From the NCBI GenBank assembly GCA_002773695.1, contig PFAJ01000015.1, forward strand, positions 1 to 39,524: a stretch of DNA of 39,524 nucleotides. Reading direction: 5' to 3'. Every line of letters starts with the position of its first letter. Within the stretch, counting starts at the first letter, position 1. Position numbers and translations under genes: made by a program. Below, in pieces: positions 28,055 through 37,095 of this stretch. The DNA comes from Candidatus Doudnabacteria bacterium CG10_big_fil_rev_8_21_14_0_10_41_10. Lineage in GTDB: Bacteria; Patescibacteriota; Doudnabacteria; UBA920; 2-01-FULL-50-11. The notes below the pieces were generated by a model. The model had not been told where the DNA came from, did not search any database, and was given only the letters and a program-made list of their open reading frames with translations.

Positions 28055-29764
28055 ATGTACGAATATAAACTTAACCATATAGAGTCTGCTTCGCGCAGCC
28101 CGAACACAAAAATTGAACAAGAAAGCGCTTTTGAAATTGATGCGGCATCCTTTCAAAATGGTGTCACGGATTATTTTAAACTGATTTCTACAAACGAAAA
28201 AAGCGCCAAAGATTTAAAGGTTTACGTAGAAAAATTTTATGATGAACAAAAGATTTCTTCACCTGAAAACAGAGATGCAATACTCGGTTTCGCTGTTGCG
28301 GCGGCTAAACATCGCAATCCCCACATTGTTTTTGAAGTTTTGAAAAAAGAAGGTTTTTTGTCCGATAATCCGGAAAAATTAAATAGATTTTTAGAGTGTC
28401 TCGGCTCTCAAAAAGAGGATTTTCTTCCTGCTTTAGCGAAGGTTAATAATCCTGTAGAACAAAATCTTGGTATAGATGTAGACCCGGAAAAAGAAATTCG
28501 TCAGATATATTTATTTGAACAACTGACAAGGGCGATCCGAGCAAAAAATCCCAGCCAAGCTCATGCAATAGCGGAACAACTGTGCGGTCAAGTCGTGGAC
28601 ATTACCCACGCAACAGATTCATCGAGATTAAAGGCCATTTTACGTTCGGGAGAAATTTGGTCCAGTGAGGGTGGTGGTCATTACTACGGTAACGGGGTTT
28701 ACGCTGGCGTTAACGGTGGTTTTAGACATTGGGGCGATCAAATGATATATTTTAAACAAGTTCCCGCGGAAAAGCTGTTGCCCGTAATAAACGCTAAACA
28801 ACCCATGACAAACATACCGATAGAAAAAATAAAAATAAGCGACCCAAAACGTTTTGACGATATTGACGGACTTTCTCCGGATGATCCTTTTTTCTATTTG
28901 CCTTCAATAATCGAAGCTACGCCAAATCTTGATGAAATGAACAGTTATAGATTTCCCGGTTTTATGGAACCGGTAGATAAAGCAGTTTTAAAACAAATTG
29001 ACAATTTACTCGGCTTGGTGAAAGTTGAAAAAGCCTTCGATGATTTTTATGGAATCTACGATCGGGTTTACGTGCAAGATAAGCGTCCTTTGGTATGCAT
29101 GGCAGTTATGAACTCTTTATATACTGTTGGCGAAATAGTATGGGATGAAAAAACTGAACTGAATGTCGCAGAACCAATAAACCTTGAGGATGAAAAGGAA
29201 GTCAATGTTATTGTTGAACAAATATTGAGTTGTTACGTAACCGAGAGTCGTGATATTGATTCTCCCCATGGCCGACGGCATATAGAGCGGGTTATTGAAA
29301 ATATTAAAATTTTATCGGACGAAATAAAAGCAGATATTAAAACTCGCCATATGGCTATAATAGCTGCCGCCGCGCATGATATTATTCGATATACTCGGGA
29401 CATTTCTCCAAACTGGGCGTCCGCTCTTTGGGTAAAAAGATTATTAAACGGATTGTTGGAACGCCAATCTTTAAAAAAGATACGAGACGCCATTGTTCAA
29501 CATAGTAGTCCAAAAGATGATCGGATTAACGATACTGTCATTACTCAACTTCTTTATGATGCGGATAAAATGGATACGAGAGCGGATAGATTTCATATGC
29601 ATATAAGGGATGAACAATATAATAATGTGTCAGACGGACTATTTGAAGATTATATTGAGATGGTAATGGAGAGCGTTTATTCAAAGGTAGCCCGTGAATA
29701 TTTAGAAGATCTTTTAAAACAGCAAAAACATCGTAAAGAAACGTTGCCTCATAAACAATTTTAG
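28055..29764 (+). CDS. Protein with a central ART-like motif and a C-terminal HD domain
   Basis: THAT..AILRSGEI..YYGNGVY; HGRRHIERV, AAHDI, QHS, YDADKMD. Confidence 0.75.
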   Translation: MYEYKLNHIESASRSPNTKIEQESAFEIDAASFQNGVTDYFKLISTNEKSAKDLKVYVEKFYDEQKISSPENRDAILGFAVAAAKHRNPHIVFEVLKKEGFLSDNPEKLNRFLECLGSQKEDFLPALAKVNNPVEQNLGIDVDPEKEIRQIYLFEQLTRAIRAKNPSQAHAIAEQLCGQVVDITHATDSSRLKAILRSGEIWSSEGGGHYYGNGVYAGVNGGFRHWGDQMIYFKQVPAEKLLPVINAKQPMTNIPIEKIKISDPKRFDDIDGLSPDDPFFYLPSIIEATPNLDEMNSYRFPGFMEPVDKAVLKQIDNLLGLVKVEKAFDDFYGIYDRVYVQDKRPLVCMAVMNSLYTVGEIVWDEKTELNVAEPINLEDEKEVNVIVEQILSCYVTESRDIDSPHGRRHIERVIENIKILSDEIKADIKTRHMAIIAAAAHDIIRYTRDISPNWASALWVKRLLNGLLERQSLKKIRDAIVQHSSPKDDRINDTVITQLLYDADKMDTRADRFHMHIRDEQYNNVSDGLFEDYIEMVMESVYSKVAREYLEDLLKQQKHRKETLPHKQF

Positions 29765-29815
29765 AATAAAACTTGTCTTTACTAAGTTTCCACCACCTGC
29801 CGAAGCGAGGGCAGG

Positions 29816-29861
29816 GCGGGAATTCATTTCCCCAACCCCCTCCTTCCGCCACACCCGAGCG
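29816..29861 (+). repeat. Right copy of the inverted repeat
   Basis: 16-bp perfect core GCGGGAATTCATTTCC at 29816-29831. Confidence 0.85.
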
Positions 29862-30014
29862 GTCAGTAATTTTTGGTAAAGTAAGTTCGAGCGAAGTCTA
29901 AAGACACTTGAGAAATACTATGGAGGAGGAAAGTAAGTCGCTTTATAGGAGCGGCTTTTTTATTGGCAGGATTTGAAATAAATTTTGAGATTTGTTGTAA
30001 TAGTTTAGATAGGA

Positions 30015-30584
30015 ATGATTCTCAATTTAAAAGCACAATCCGATGAGGTAATAGCGAAGTTAGTGCAGACAGGCGACCGAGAGTCGTTCGGTCTTTTGGT
30101 GGAAAGGTATGAACAAAAAATGAAACGATATGTCCGCCGGTTTCTTTTTAACGAGCAGGAAGATATTACGCAGGAAATATTTATCAAAGCTTATTCAAAC
30201 ATCCAAAGCTTTGATACCAGCCGCAAATTTTCCCCTTGGCTTTATCGGATCGCGCATAACGAGTTGATTAATCAAATAAAAAAACGAGGGAAAGAGCAGG
30301 TGTCGTATTTTGATTTTGACACGGTATTCCCACACCTTAAAGCCAAAGAAACGGCAGACTCGGATATTTTACAAAATCAGGATAAAGAATTAATTGGCAA
30401 GCTGTTGCCAAAGTTGGACCCAAAATATCGCGAGCCGTTGTTACTATATTATTTCGAAGATCTGGATTATAAAGAAGTGGCTGAAATAATGAGAATTCCG
30501 GTTTCTACTGTGGGGGTAAGAATTAAGCGAGCAAAGGAAATTTTAAAGAAGCATATTATTGAATCTGAAACTAAATATGAATAA
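30015..30584 (+). CDS. ECF sigma factor
   Basis: EDITQEIFIKAY, FSPWLYRIAHN, YKEVAEIMRIPVSTVGVRIKRAK. Confidence 0.95.
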   Translation: MILNLKAQSDEVIAKLVQTGDRESFGLLVERYEQKMKRYVRRFLFNEQEDITQEIFIKAYSNIQSFDTSRKFSPWLYRIAHNELINQIKKRGKEQVSYFDFDTVFPHLKAKETADSDILQNQDKELIGKLLPKLDPKYREPLLLYYFEDLDYKEVAEIMRIPVSTVGVRIKRAKEILKKHIIESETKYE

Positions 30585-31323
30585 TAAAGAAGAAAAATCG
30601 ATTAAAGACCAGATTTTGGGAAAACTGGAAAAAGGCGGAATGAAGATGCGTCCAAAGTATTATTTTGTGATCAGAACAATTTTAGTTGTGTTAACAGTCG
30701 TTCTTTTGGTCTTAACCGTGTTGTTTTTAATAAGTTTTGTGTTTTTTCAGCTACGGTTTTCCGGATTACACCATACCCCATCTTTTGGTCTTCCTGGCGT
30801 GAAAGCGTTTGTGGTTTCTCTTCCGTGGGTGTTGATTGCTTTAATTGTGTTCCTAACTTTTGCATTGGAGTATCTTTTAAAAAAATATTCATTTACTTAT
30901 AAGCGGCCATTAATCTATTCGTTGATGGTGGTGGTAGTTGTGGTTCTGGTGGTTGGTTTTGTAGTTTCAAATACGCCGTTGCATGATCGGTTTGCTATGC
31001 GCGCCATGGAAAATAGGTTGCCGGTTGCCGGGGGTCTGTATCGAGAGATAGAAAAAAGAGCTCTTGGTCACGCGCAGTTCGGACAGGTTACAGCTGTGCG
31101 TGACGACGAGTTTGATTTGGAAACCAGGTTGGGAGAAAGATTAACAATAAAAATAAATGAGAGGACGATATTTCAAACCGCCTTGAATTTGCGGGTGGAT
31201 GACGTGGTTATGGTTATTGGCAATAAAGACAATGGAACAGTGGATGCCGTAAGAATTCAAAAGGTGCCAGACGAAAAATTTCCAATGCAAAGAATAAAAG
31301 GCAGATTTCATATGATGAAATAA
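30577..31323 (+). CDS. Membrane protein, putative anti-sigma factor with an OB-fold-like C-terminus
   Basis: Overlaps the sigma stop; 3 TM helices; start at ATG 30577. Confidence 0.7.
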   Translation: MNNKEEKSIKDQILGKLEKGGMKMRPKYYFVIRTILVVLTVVLLVLTVLFLISFVFFQLRFSGLHHTPSFGLPGVKAFVVSLPWVLIALIVFLTFALEYLLKKYSFTYKRPLIYSLMVVVVVVLVVGFVVSNTPLHDRFAMRAMENRLPVAGGLYREIEKRALGHAQFGQVTAVRDDEFDLETRLGERLTIKINERTIFQTALNLRVDDVVMVIGNKDNGTVDAVRIQKVPDEKFPMQRIKGRFHMMK

Positions 31324-31374
31324 TTTATTCCCCCGATTGTAGTAATAGTTGAAAGAGGGTGAATAATAAACATT

Positions 31375-31806
31375 ATGAAAAAGTACGCAATCATAACTTT
31401 AGTAGGAATTGGAGCATTGAGTCTTGTCGGGTTGGCTTCTGCTCATGGAGGGTTTGGAGGATTTCACGATGCTACACCCGAAGAACAAGCGCAACATCAA
31501 CAAGAGATGTTTGAAGAAAAGGCAGAATTTCTAGGAATTACTGTCGAAGAAGTGAAAGACGTTTGGGTTGAAAATAAATCTTTTAAAGATTTAGCAGAAG
31601 AAAACGGGATTTCTGAAGAAGAGCTGAAAACACACATGCAGGAACAGCACAAGGTTCGTGCCCAGGAGCGGATGCAGAATTTGGTTACCGAAGGGATAAT
31701 AACCCAAGACCAGGCTGACCAAAGGCTTGCAACAATGCGAGAGCGGATGGAGAGTGGAGAACTTCATCGAGGAGGGAAAGGTTTCCATTGTGGTTTTGGT
31801 AAATAA
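31375..31806 (+). CDS. Secreted helical protein
   Basis: Signal ASA-HGG, KAEFLGIT.EE, GIITQDQAD, Gly/His tail. Confidence 0.78.
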   Translation: MKKYAIITLVGIGALSLVGLASAHGGFGGFHDATPEEQAQHQQEMFEEKAEFLGITVEEVKDVWVENKSFKDLAEENGISEEELKTHMQEQHKVRAQERMQNLVTEGIITQDQADQRLATMRERMESGELHRGGKGFHCGFGK

Positions 31807-31969
31807 TTTAGGCCTAATAATTTAAAAGTAATAGGTAAAAAACACTTTCCGGAAGTGCTTTTTATTTTTTAAAGCTTACTTGCAAAGGTTGGTTTCTATG
31901 TTATAATCTAAGTGTTATAAACTACGGATCAGAAATAAAAAATGTAATAGTAATATTAAATACAATCAT

Positions 31970-32386
31970 ATGTTGCAAACTCCAATTAAAGCCTTTTTAA
32001 TAGTCGTGTTAGTTTTAGTCGTGATTGGGTTTATTTTAGCCGTCGCGCAGTCGCCGAGCGAGCAAGGGACCCAAGTATCCATAAATCCGGTAGACGAACC
32101 TTTGGTTTTGGGTCATACGTACTTTGCGGGAGCGAATACGTACTCCGGTAGTTTTATGACCCCAACTCCGTGCTACGATTGGGGCCAGACTGATGTTGAA
32201 TTATCCGATACAAAACCGGAAAAAATAAAGCTGGTAATCTCTGCCCAGGAAGTTGGAGATTGCGTTGATGTTAAAACTCCGGCAAAAAAAGATTTTACTT
32301 TTTTAGTTCCATCTTCTCCTGATGCGGGATTGGTTGGGGTTGAATTGAACGGCAAGGAAGTTAAATTCGAAATTCGAAAGGACTAA
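31970..32386 (+). CDS. Membrane-anchored hypothetical protein
   Basis: N-terminal TM helix, PTPCY..C disulfide pair. Confidence 0.72.
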   Translation: MLQTPIKAFLIVVLVLVVIGFILAVAQSPSEQGTQVSINPVDEPLVLGHTYFAGANTYSGSFMTPTPCYDWGQTDVELSDTKPEKIKLVISAQEVGDCVDVKTPAKKDFTFLVPSSPDAGLVGVELNGKEVKFEIRKD

Positions 32387-32469
32387 ATTTGTTCAAAAAC
32401 TATTTGCCCGCTTTTGGAATTTCGATGTAATATAGTCACCGAAATTCTTAAGGCGGGTTTAAAATTTTT

Positions 32470-33927
32470 ATGAGTGAATTGGTAAAAAAATCACAAAGAG
32501 TCGATCCTTCAATGCTGGTGCTGTTTGGAGCAACCGGTGATTTGTCGGCAAATTATTTACTGCCGGCTTTTTATCACCTGGACGCCTCGGGTTTTTTACC
32601 GGATGATTTAAAAATTGTGTGTGTTGGTCGTCGCGATTTTAACGAACAGAGTTACCTGGATTTTATCATAGAAAAATCAAATTTTCTTGAAAAACTAAAA
32701 AAACCAAAAATCAAAAAATATTTTCTAAAACACATAGTGTACTATCAAGGCGATTTTAGTAATCCTGATTCGTTTGCCGGGCTAACATCGGTCCTTTTCA
32801 ATCTGGAAAAACCTACTCACAAATGTTACAACCGGTTATATTATTTTGCGACTTCCCCAGAATTTTTTTTATCAATAGCCGAAATGTTAGAAGGAGCCGG
32901 TCTTTTGAAGAGTTGTGAAGTTCATAACCGCACAATCCGAGTGCTTGTTGAAAAGCCGTTTGGTTTTGACCTGAAATCCGCAAAAAAGTTAAACAAATTA
33001 TTGTTAAATTATTTTACCGAGGACCAAATCTATCGCATCGATCATTATCAAGGCAAAGAAACCGTACAAAACCTCATGGTGGTAAGGTTTGCCAACAGCA
33101 TATTCGAACCATTGTGGAGTAAAGATAATATTGATCATGTTGAAATAAGCGTTTTAGAAGATGAGACGGTCGGTGGTCGCGGAAAATTTTATGATAGAGC
33201 CGGAGCCTTGCGCGATATGGTGCAAAACCATCTATTGCAGATGTTGGCTTTGGTTTTAATGGATGAGCCAAAAGAGTTGAAGACCGAATTGATCCGAGAC
33301 GAAAAGCTGAAAATTCTCAAAGGACTAAAGTTATTTTCAAAAAAAGACTGTAAAACTGAAGTTGTGCGCGGTCAGTATGGCGGGTATATGAAAGAAACGG
33401 GGAAACAGAGTGTAACCGAAACATATGTTGCGTTGAAAGTTTTTGTCGACCTGCCCAGATGGCGCGGCATGCCGATTTATCTGCGTACTGGCAAAGCGCT
33501 TTCCAAAAAGGTTACAGAAATTTCTATTCATTTTAAAGAGCCTTCGAAATGTCTGTTTACGCATTGCGCTTCCAATATTATGACCTTGCGAATCCAGCCG
33601 GATGAATCGGTTGATTTGCGAATAAACAACAAGATCCCGGGGTTTGGAGTTGATTTAACCCAAAAGAAGCTGCAATTTGGTTACAAGAAAGAATTTGAAA
33701 AGGACTTGCCTCCCGCTTATGAACGATTGCTTTTGGATTTTATTCAGGGTGATCAGCGGTTGTTTATTAGAAGCGATGAAATAGAAGCCGCGTGGAAATT
33801 TGTCGGGTCTATTACGGATAGTTGGCGCGATTTGCCGTTGAGTATGTATAAAAAAGGAAGTCATGGTCCGGAAGCGGCGGAGAATTTGATAAAAAAGGAT
33901 ATGAGGGAGTGGTGGACGGGGGAATAG
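32470..33927 (+). CDS. zwf: Glucose-6-phosphate 1-dehydrogenase
   Basis: FGATGDL, EKPFG, YRIDHYQGKE, RDMVQNH, LRTGK, AYERLL. Confidence 0.98.
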   Translation: MSELVKKSQRVDPSMLVLFGATGDLSANYLLPAFYHLDASGFLPDDLKIVCVGRRDFNEQSYLDFIIEKSNFLEKLKKPKIKKYFLKHIVYYQGDFSNPDSFAGLTSVLFNLEKPTHKCYNRLYYFATSPEFFLSIAEMLEGAGLLKSCEVHNRTIRVLVEKPFGFDLKSAKKLNKLLLNYFTEDQIYRIDHYQGKETVQNLMVVRFANSIFEPLWSKDNIDHVEISVLEDETVGGRGKFYDRAGALRDMVQNHLLQMLALVLMDEPKELKTELIRDEKLKILKGLKLFSKKDCKTEVVRGQYGGYMKETGKQSVTETYVALKVFVDLPRWRGMPIYLRTGKALSKKVTEISIHFKEPSKCLFTHCASNIMTLRIQPDESVDLRINNKIPGFGVDLTQKKLQFGYKKEFEKDLPPAYERLLLDFIQGDQRLFIRSDEIEAAWKFVGSITDSWRDLPLSMYKKGSHGPEAAENLIKKDMREWWTGE

Positions 33928-33973
33928 TGAATTGTAAAGCTTAAAGCGAAAAACGAAAAATGAGTATCCTTTT

Positions 33974-34048
33974 GTCATCCCGGACGCCATAACGGGTGGT
34001 CCGGGATCCAGGAATCTGGATTTCTCCGCCTAGGCGGACGGGAATGAC
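33974..34048. repeat. GTCATCCCG...GGGAATGAC palindromic element
   Basis: Terminal IR with internal hairpins, lying between zwf and gnd. Confidence 0.7.
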
Positions 34049-34093
34049 TCACGTAGTAGATTGGAAATTATTAATTTAAAATTCTAAAATGAT

Positions 34094-35029
34094 ATGTCTA
34101 AATCACAAATCGGTGTTATAGGTTTGGGTAAGATGGGGATGCAGATAGCCAGAAGACTGCATAAAAAAGGGCATAGGGTTTATGCATGGAACCGTAGCGT
34201 GGAACCGCGAAAGAAATTTAAAGAATATACTTCTCGACTTCGCTCGAAGAATAAGAGCGGAGTCGCGGGTTCGGTACCAGAGCTTGTTTCCGGTTTAAAA
34301 AAACCAATGATAGTCTGGACTATGCTGCCGGCCGGCAAGCCCACCGCGGATGTTATGAAAGTTTTGCTTAAAAATTTATCTCAAGGAGATATCGTTATAG
34401 ATGGCGCTAACGAAAACTATCAAAATACCCAAAAACGCGCGAAAATTTTTGCAAAAAAAAGCATTGCGTTTTTTGACGCGGGCACCAGTGGAGGCGTGCA
34501 TGGCGAAAAGAACGGTTTTTCGATAATGGTCGGTGGGCCAAAAAAACTCTGGAAAAAAGTTCGGCCGATCTTTGCCGATTTGGCAGCCGGTGATTCCTAC
34601 GGCCTGGTTGGCGAGTCTGGTTCTGGCTAATTTGTTAAAATGGTCCACAACGGTATTGAATATGGGATGATGGAGGCACTTGCCGAGGGCTACGCAGTTA
34701 TCAATAAATGGAACCCGAAAGTGGACCTGGCGCAAGTAAGTAAAATTTGGCAAAAAGGATCGGTGATTTCTTCCTGGCTTGTGGATTTGTCACGAGATAT
34801 TTTTGAAAAAGAGGATATGCGAAAAGTGGTTGGGTTTGTAAAACACACCGGCGAAGGAATGTGGACAGTGGAGGTCGCAAAAAGATTGGGCGTGGATGCG
34901 CGCGTGATCAAAGCTTCTTTAGATGTTCGCAAAGAATCAAAAAATAAAAAAAATCAGAAGTTACTTCGGAATAAAATTTTGGCGTTACTTCGCAATCGTT
35001 TCGGCGGACACGATGTGATTAGGACATAG
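34094..35029 (+). pseudogene. gnd: Short-chain 6-phosphogluconate dehydrogenase interrupted by an in-frame TAA
   Basis: GLGKMG, DAGTSGG, GSG*FVKMVHNGIEYGMM; both ORFs are in one frame, stop at 34628-34630. Confidence 0.9.
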
Positions 35030-35066
35030 TATCAGGTATTTAGTATTAAGCATCTAGTATAAAAAT

Positions 35067-35528
35067 ATGAGAGCTTATGAAAGGACACCATATCGGGAGG
35101 TTCCAAAAAAGAATGACCCAGAGACTTTGAAAGCAATTACAAGTATTTATAAACAAATAAAAAATTTCCCAGAGGGAGTTAGAGGGGCGGTAATGAGAGA
35201 AATCCAAGGCGGTAAGCTAGAAGATTTAGCAAAAGAGAGCCCGGAAGAAGCCCTGACCGCAATACGGTCGATTGTGCAAAAAAATAGACCGAAGCCAGGC
35301 GGTGAAGGAGGTCTGGTATTATCAGTTGATTTACCAAATGCCTCGGAGTTTCCGCGACAAAGGTCTTCGAAAAAGCCAAAAATGGATCCGCGTGAAAGAA
35401 TAAAAGATGATTTTATCCAAACTCACCACACCAAACCGCTAAAACCTCGCGGGGATTCTCGATCGGTAAGAACCGAGCCGGATCGATTATCCGAAGACAG
35501 GAAGCACGATTTTGAAGAAGTGGTATAG
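35067..35528 (+). CDS. Hypothetical charged protein
   Basis: 153-aa ORF with host-like composition; no motif recognised. Confidence 0.65.
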   Translation: MRAYERTPYREVPKKNDPETLKAITSIYKQIKNFPEGVRGAVMREIQGGKLEDLAKESPEEALTAIRSIVQKNRPKPGGEGGLVLSVDLPNASEFPRQRSSKKPKMDPRERIKDDFIQTHHTKPLKPRGDSRSVRTEPDRLSEDRKHDFEEVV

Positions 35529-35555
35529 GTAGGTTATTGTTTAATATCAAGAGAA

Positions 35556-35595
35556 AACAAGGGTGACCCTTGCGGAAGCAAAGGTCACCTTTGTT
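35556..35595. repeat. 40-bp GGTGACC hairpin, copy 1
   Basis: AACAAGGGTGACCCTTGC-GGAA-GCAAAGGTCACCTTTGTT. Confidence 0.9.
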
Positions 35596-35710
35596 GGAAT
35601 GTCGTCGTTTATTTTTTTATTTTACATAAAGACATATTTCATATAGAATACCTGATTCTCGTCGTGTGAGACGTGGAAATGAAAGGCGATTATCGCCATA
35701 AGGAGTGACA

Positions 35711-36139
35711 ATGAAACTAAGTTTGAATACGATATCTCAACACGAAGTTTTCGAGAGAGGGGTCGACCATGTTAACCCAAACCCCACCCAACTTGAGTGG
35801 GTATTCCAGATTTTTTTGAGTATCAAAGAGAAACTGGGAAACATTGCGGAAATGGTCGAGGTCGTGAAGATGGGATTTCGTCAGTTTTCGTTCGAGACCA
35901 AATACCCTCTCGTTCTCGACATTGAGGTGATTCTCGCCGAGCCGGGAGAGGTTCCTCATCCGAGAAGGAAGATCATTGTAAAAGGGGAGGGGAAAGGTTA
36001 TTGGCAAGAATCAAACACATCGGCGACGAAACTCCCCGATGAGGTTGCGGATGACATAACTGTTCGCGTCAAAGGTGCCCTTTCCGACTTCGCCACCAAC
36101 CTCAGACTTATGGCGGATCATATGGATCCCAACAAGTAA
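35711..36139 (+). CDS. Orphan hypothetical protein
   Basis: AAGGAG SD then ATG 35711; upstream TTTACA..TAGAAT promoter; terminator at about 36157-36200. Confidence 0.7.
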   Translation: MKLSLNTISQHEVFERGVDHVNPNPTQLEWVFQIFLSIKEKLGNIAEMVEVVKMGFRQFSFETKYPLVLDIEVILAEPGEVPHPRRKIIVKGEGKGYWQESNTSATKLPDEVADDITVRVKGALSDFATNLRLMADHMDPNK

Positions 36140-36246
36140 CCGCCGAACCGGATTTCAAAACGCACCCAGTAGCGCTAGCTACCCGGTGCGTATTTTTTTT
36201 GACAATAAATATCGATCGGTATAAATTGTAAAGTCTTATCGCATAA

Positions 36247-36286
36247 AACAAGGGTGACCCTTGCTAACGCTGAGGTCACCCTTGTT
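36247..36286. repeat. 40-bp GGTGACC hairpin, copy 2
   Basis: AACAAGGGTGACCCTTGC-TAAC-GCTGAGGTCACCCTTGTT. Confidence 0.9.
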
Positions 36287-36292
36287 GGTTTA

Positions 36293-36946
36293 TTATTTCC
36301 AAAGAATCACTCTCGCGGGCGAGCCGTCGCTTGCTTTTATTTTGAGTGGCAACGCGGCAATATTGTATTTTCCCGGTTTTATCCGTGATAAATCCACCGC
36401 TTCAATAATCACTATCCCTTTTGCAAGCAATGTTTTATGCACCGGATGTCCGGGCGCGGATTTGGCCTCGATACCAAAGTAGTCAATCCCAACCAGGTCA
36501 ATTTTTTTACTAGCTAAATATTTGGCAGCGTCTAGCGCGAGCGACACATAGTTGTCGACAAATGTTTTCTTTTTTAACAGTTGTGAGTTTCTGGTTTTGA
36601 ACAAGATTTTGTCGCGCGCTTTGATATTTACATGAGCGAAGTCTTTGGGTCTGATAAGAGATTCTTTTTGAACTCCCCCCAAACCCTTCTTTGGTAAAGA
36701 GGGGGAGACAGATCGGACTTCGATCACCAGACATTTTCCAATCAGTTTATTTACCGGAATAGAATCGATGCCAGGACGGTTAAATAAAAAATGTTTTGGC
36801 GCGTCAATGTGTGTGCCAAAATGAGTTGCTATATCCATCCGAGAAGTTATGGCGGAGCCTTTTGACTCGACTCTTTTGAATTTGCCGTCGCCGGGCCAAA
36901 CAATCGTTTTTTCGGAAAGTTCCAGAGAGATATCGTAATATTTCAT
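36293..36946 (-). CDS. Cyclase-family (KynB-like) metal-dependent hydrolase
   Basis: THFGTHIDAPKH, VGIDYFGIE, HKTLL, IIE, DGSPARVIL. Confidence 0.92.
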   Translation of the reverse strand: MKYYDISLELSEKTIVWPGDGKFKRVESKGSAITSRMDIATHFGTHIDAPKHFLFNRPGIDSIPVNKLIGKCLVIEVRSVSPSLPKKGLGGVQKESLIRPKDFAHVNIKARDKILFKTRNSQLLKKKTFVDNYVSLALDAAKYLASKKIDLVGIDYFGIEAKSAPGHPVHKTLLAKGIVIIEAVDLSRIKPGKYNIAALPLKIKASDGSPARVILWK

Positions 36947-36957
36947 AAAAATAATTC

Positions 36958-37030
36958 GTCATTCTAAGGCGGAGCTGAAGAATCTTCACAGTCATCGTTT
37001 ATAGAGATCCTTCACTTCGTTCAGGACGAC
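36958..37030. repeat. GTCATTCT...CAGGACGAC palindromic element
   Basis: GTCATTCTAAG..GAAGAATCT...AGATCCTTCACTTCGTTCAGGACGAC. Confidence 0.65.
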
Positions 37031-37095
37031 AGAGGGTTATTGATAATTTTTCAGTTAATAACTATACTTAACTTACTCAATTATAACATACCATT

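Noticed and set aside
27762-28156. Short ORFs upstream of the HD gene, and 29541-29852
   Set aside because: They translate repeat DNA or are antisense shadows.
19144-34630. TAA reassignment suggested by two in-frame TAA stops
   Set aside because: Many intact genes here end in TAA at their expected C-termini (csoR, copB, glutaredoxin). TGA also serves as a stop, so code 25 is excluded too.
35028-35061. Degenerate 7-nt periodic runs (also about 6011-6050 and 33930-33962)
   Set aside because: Short, low-complexity intergenic microrepeats with no supportable function.
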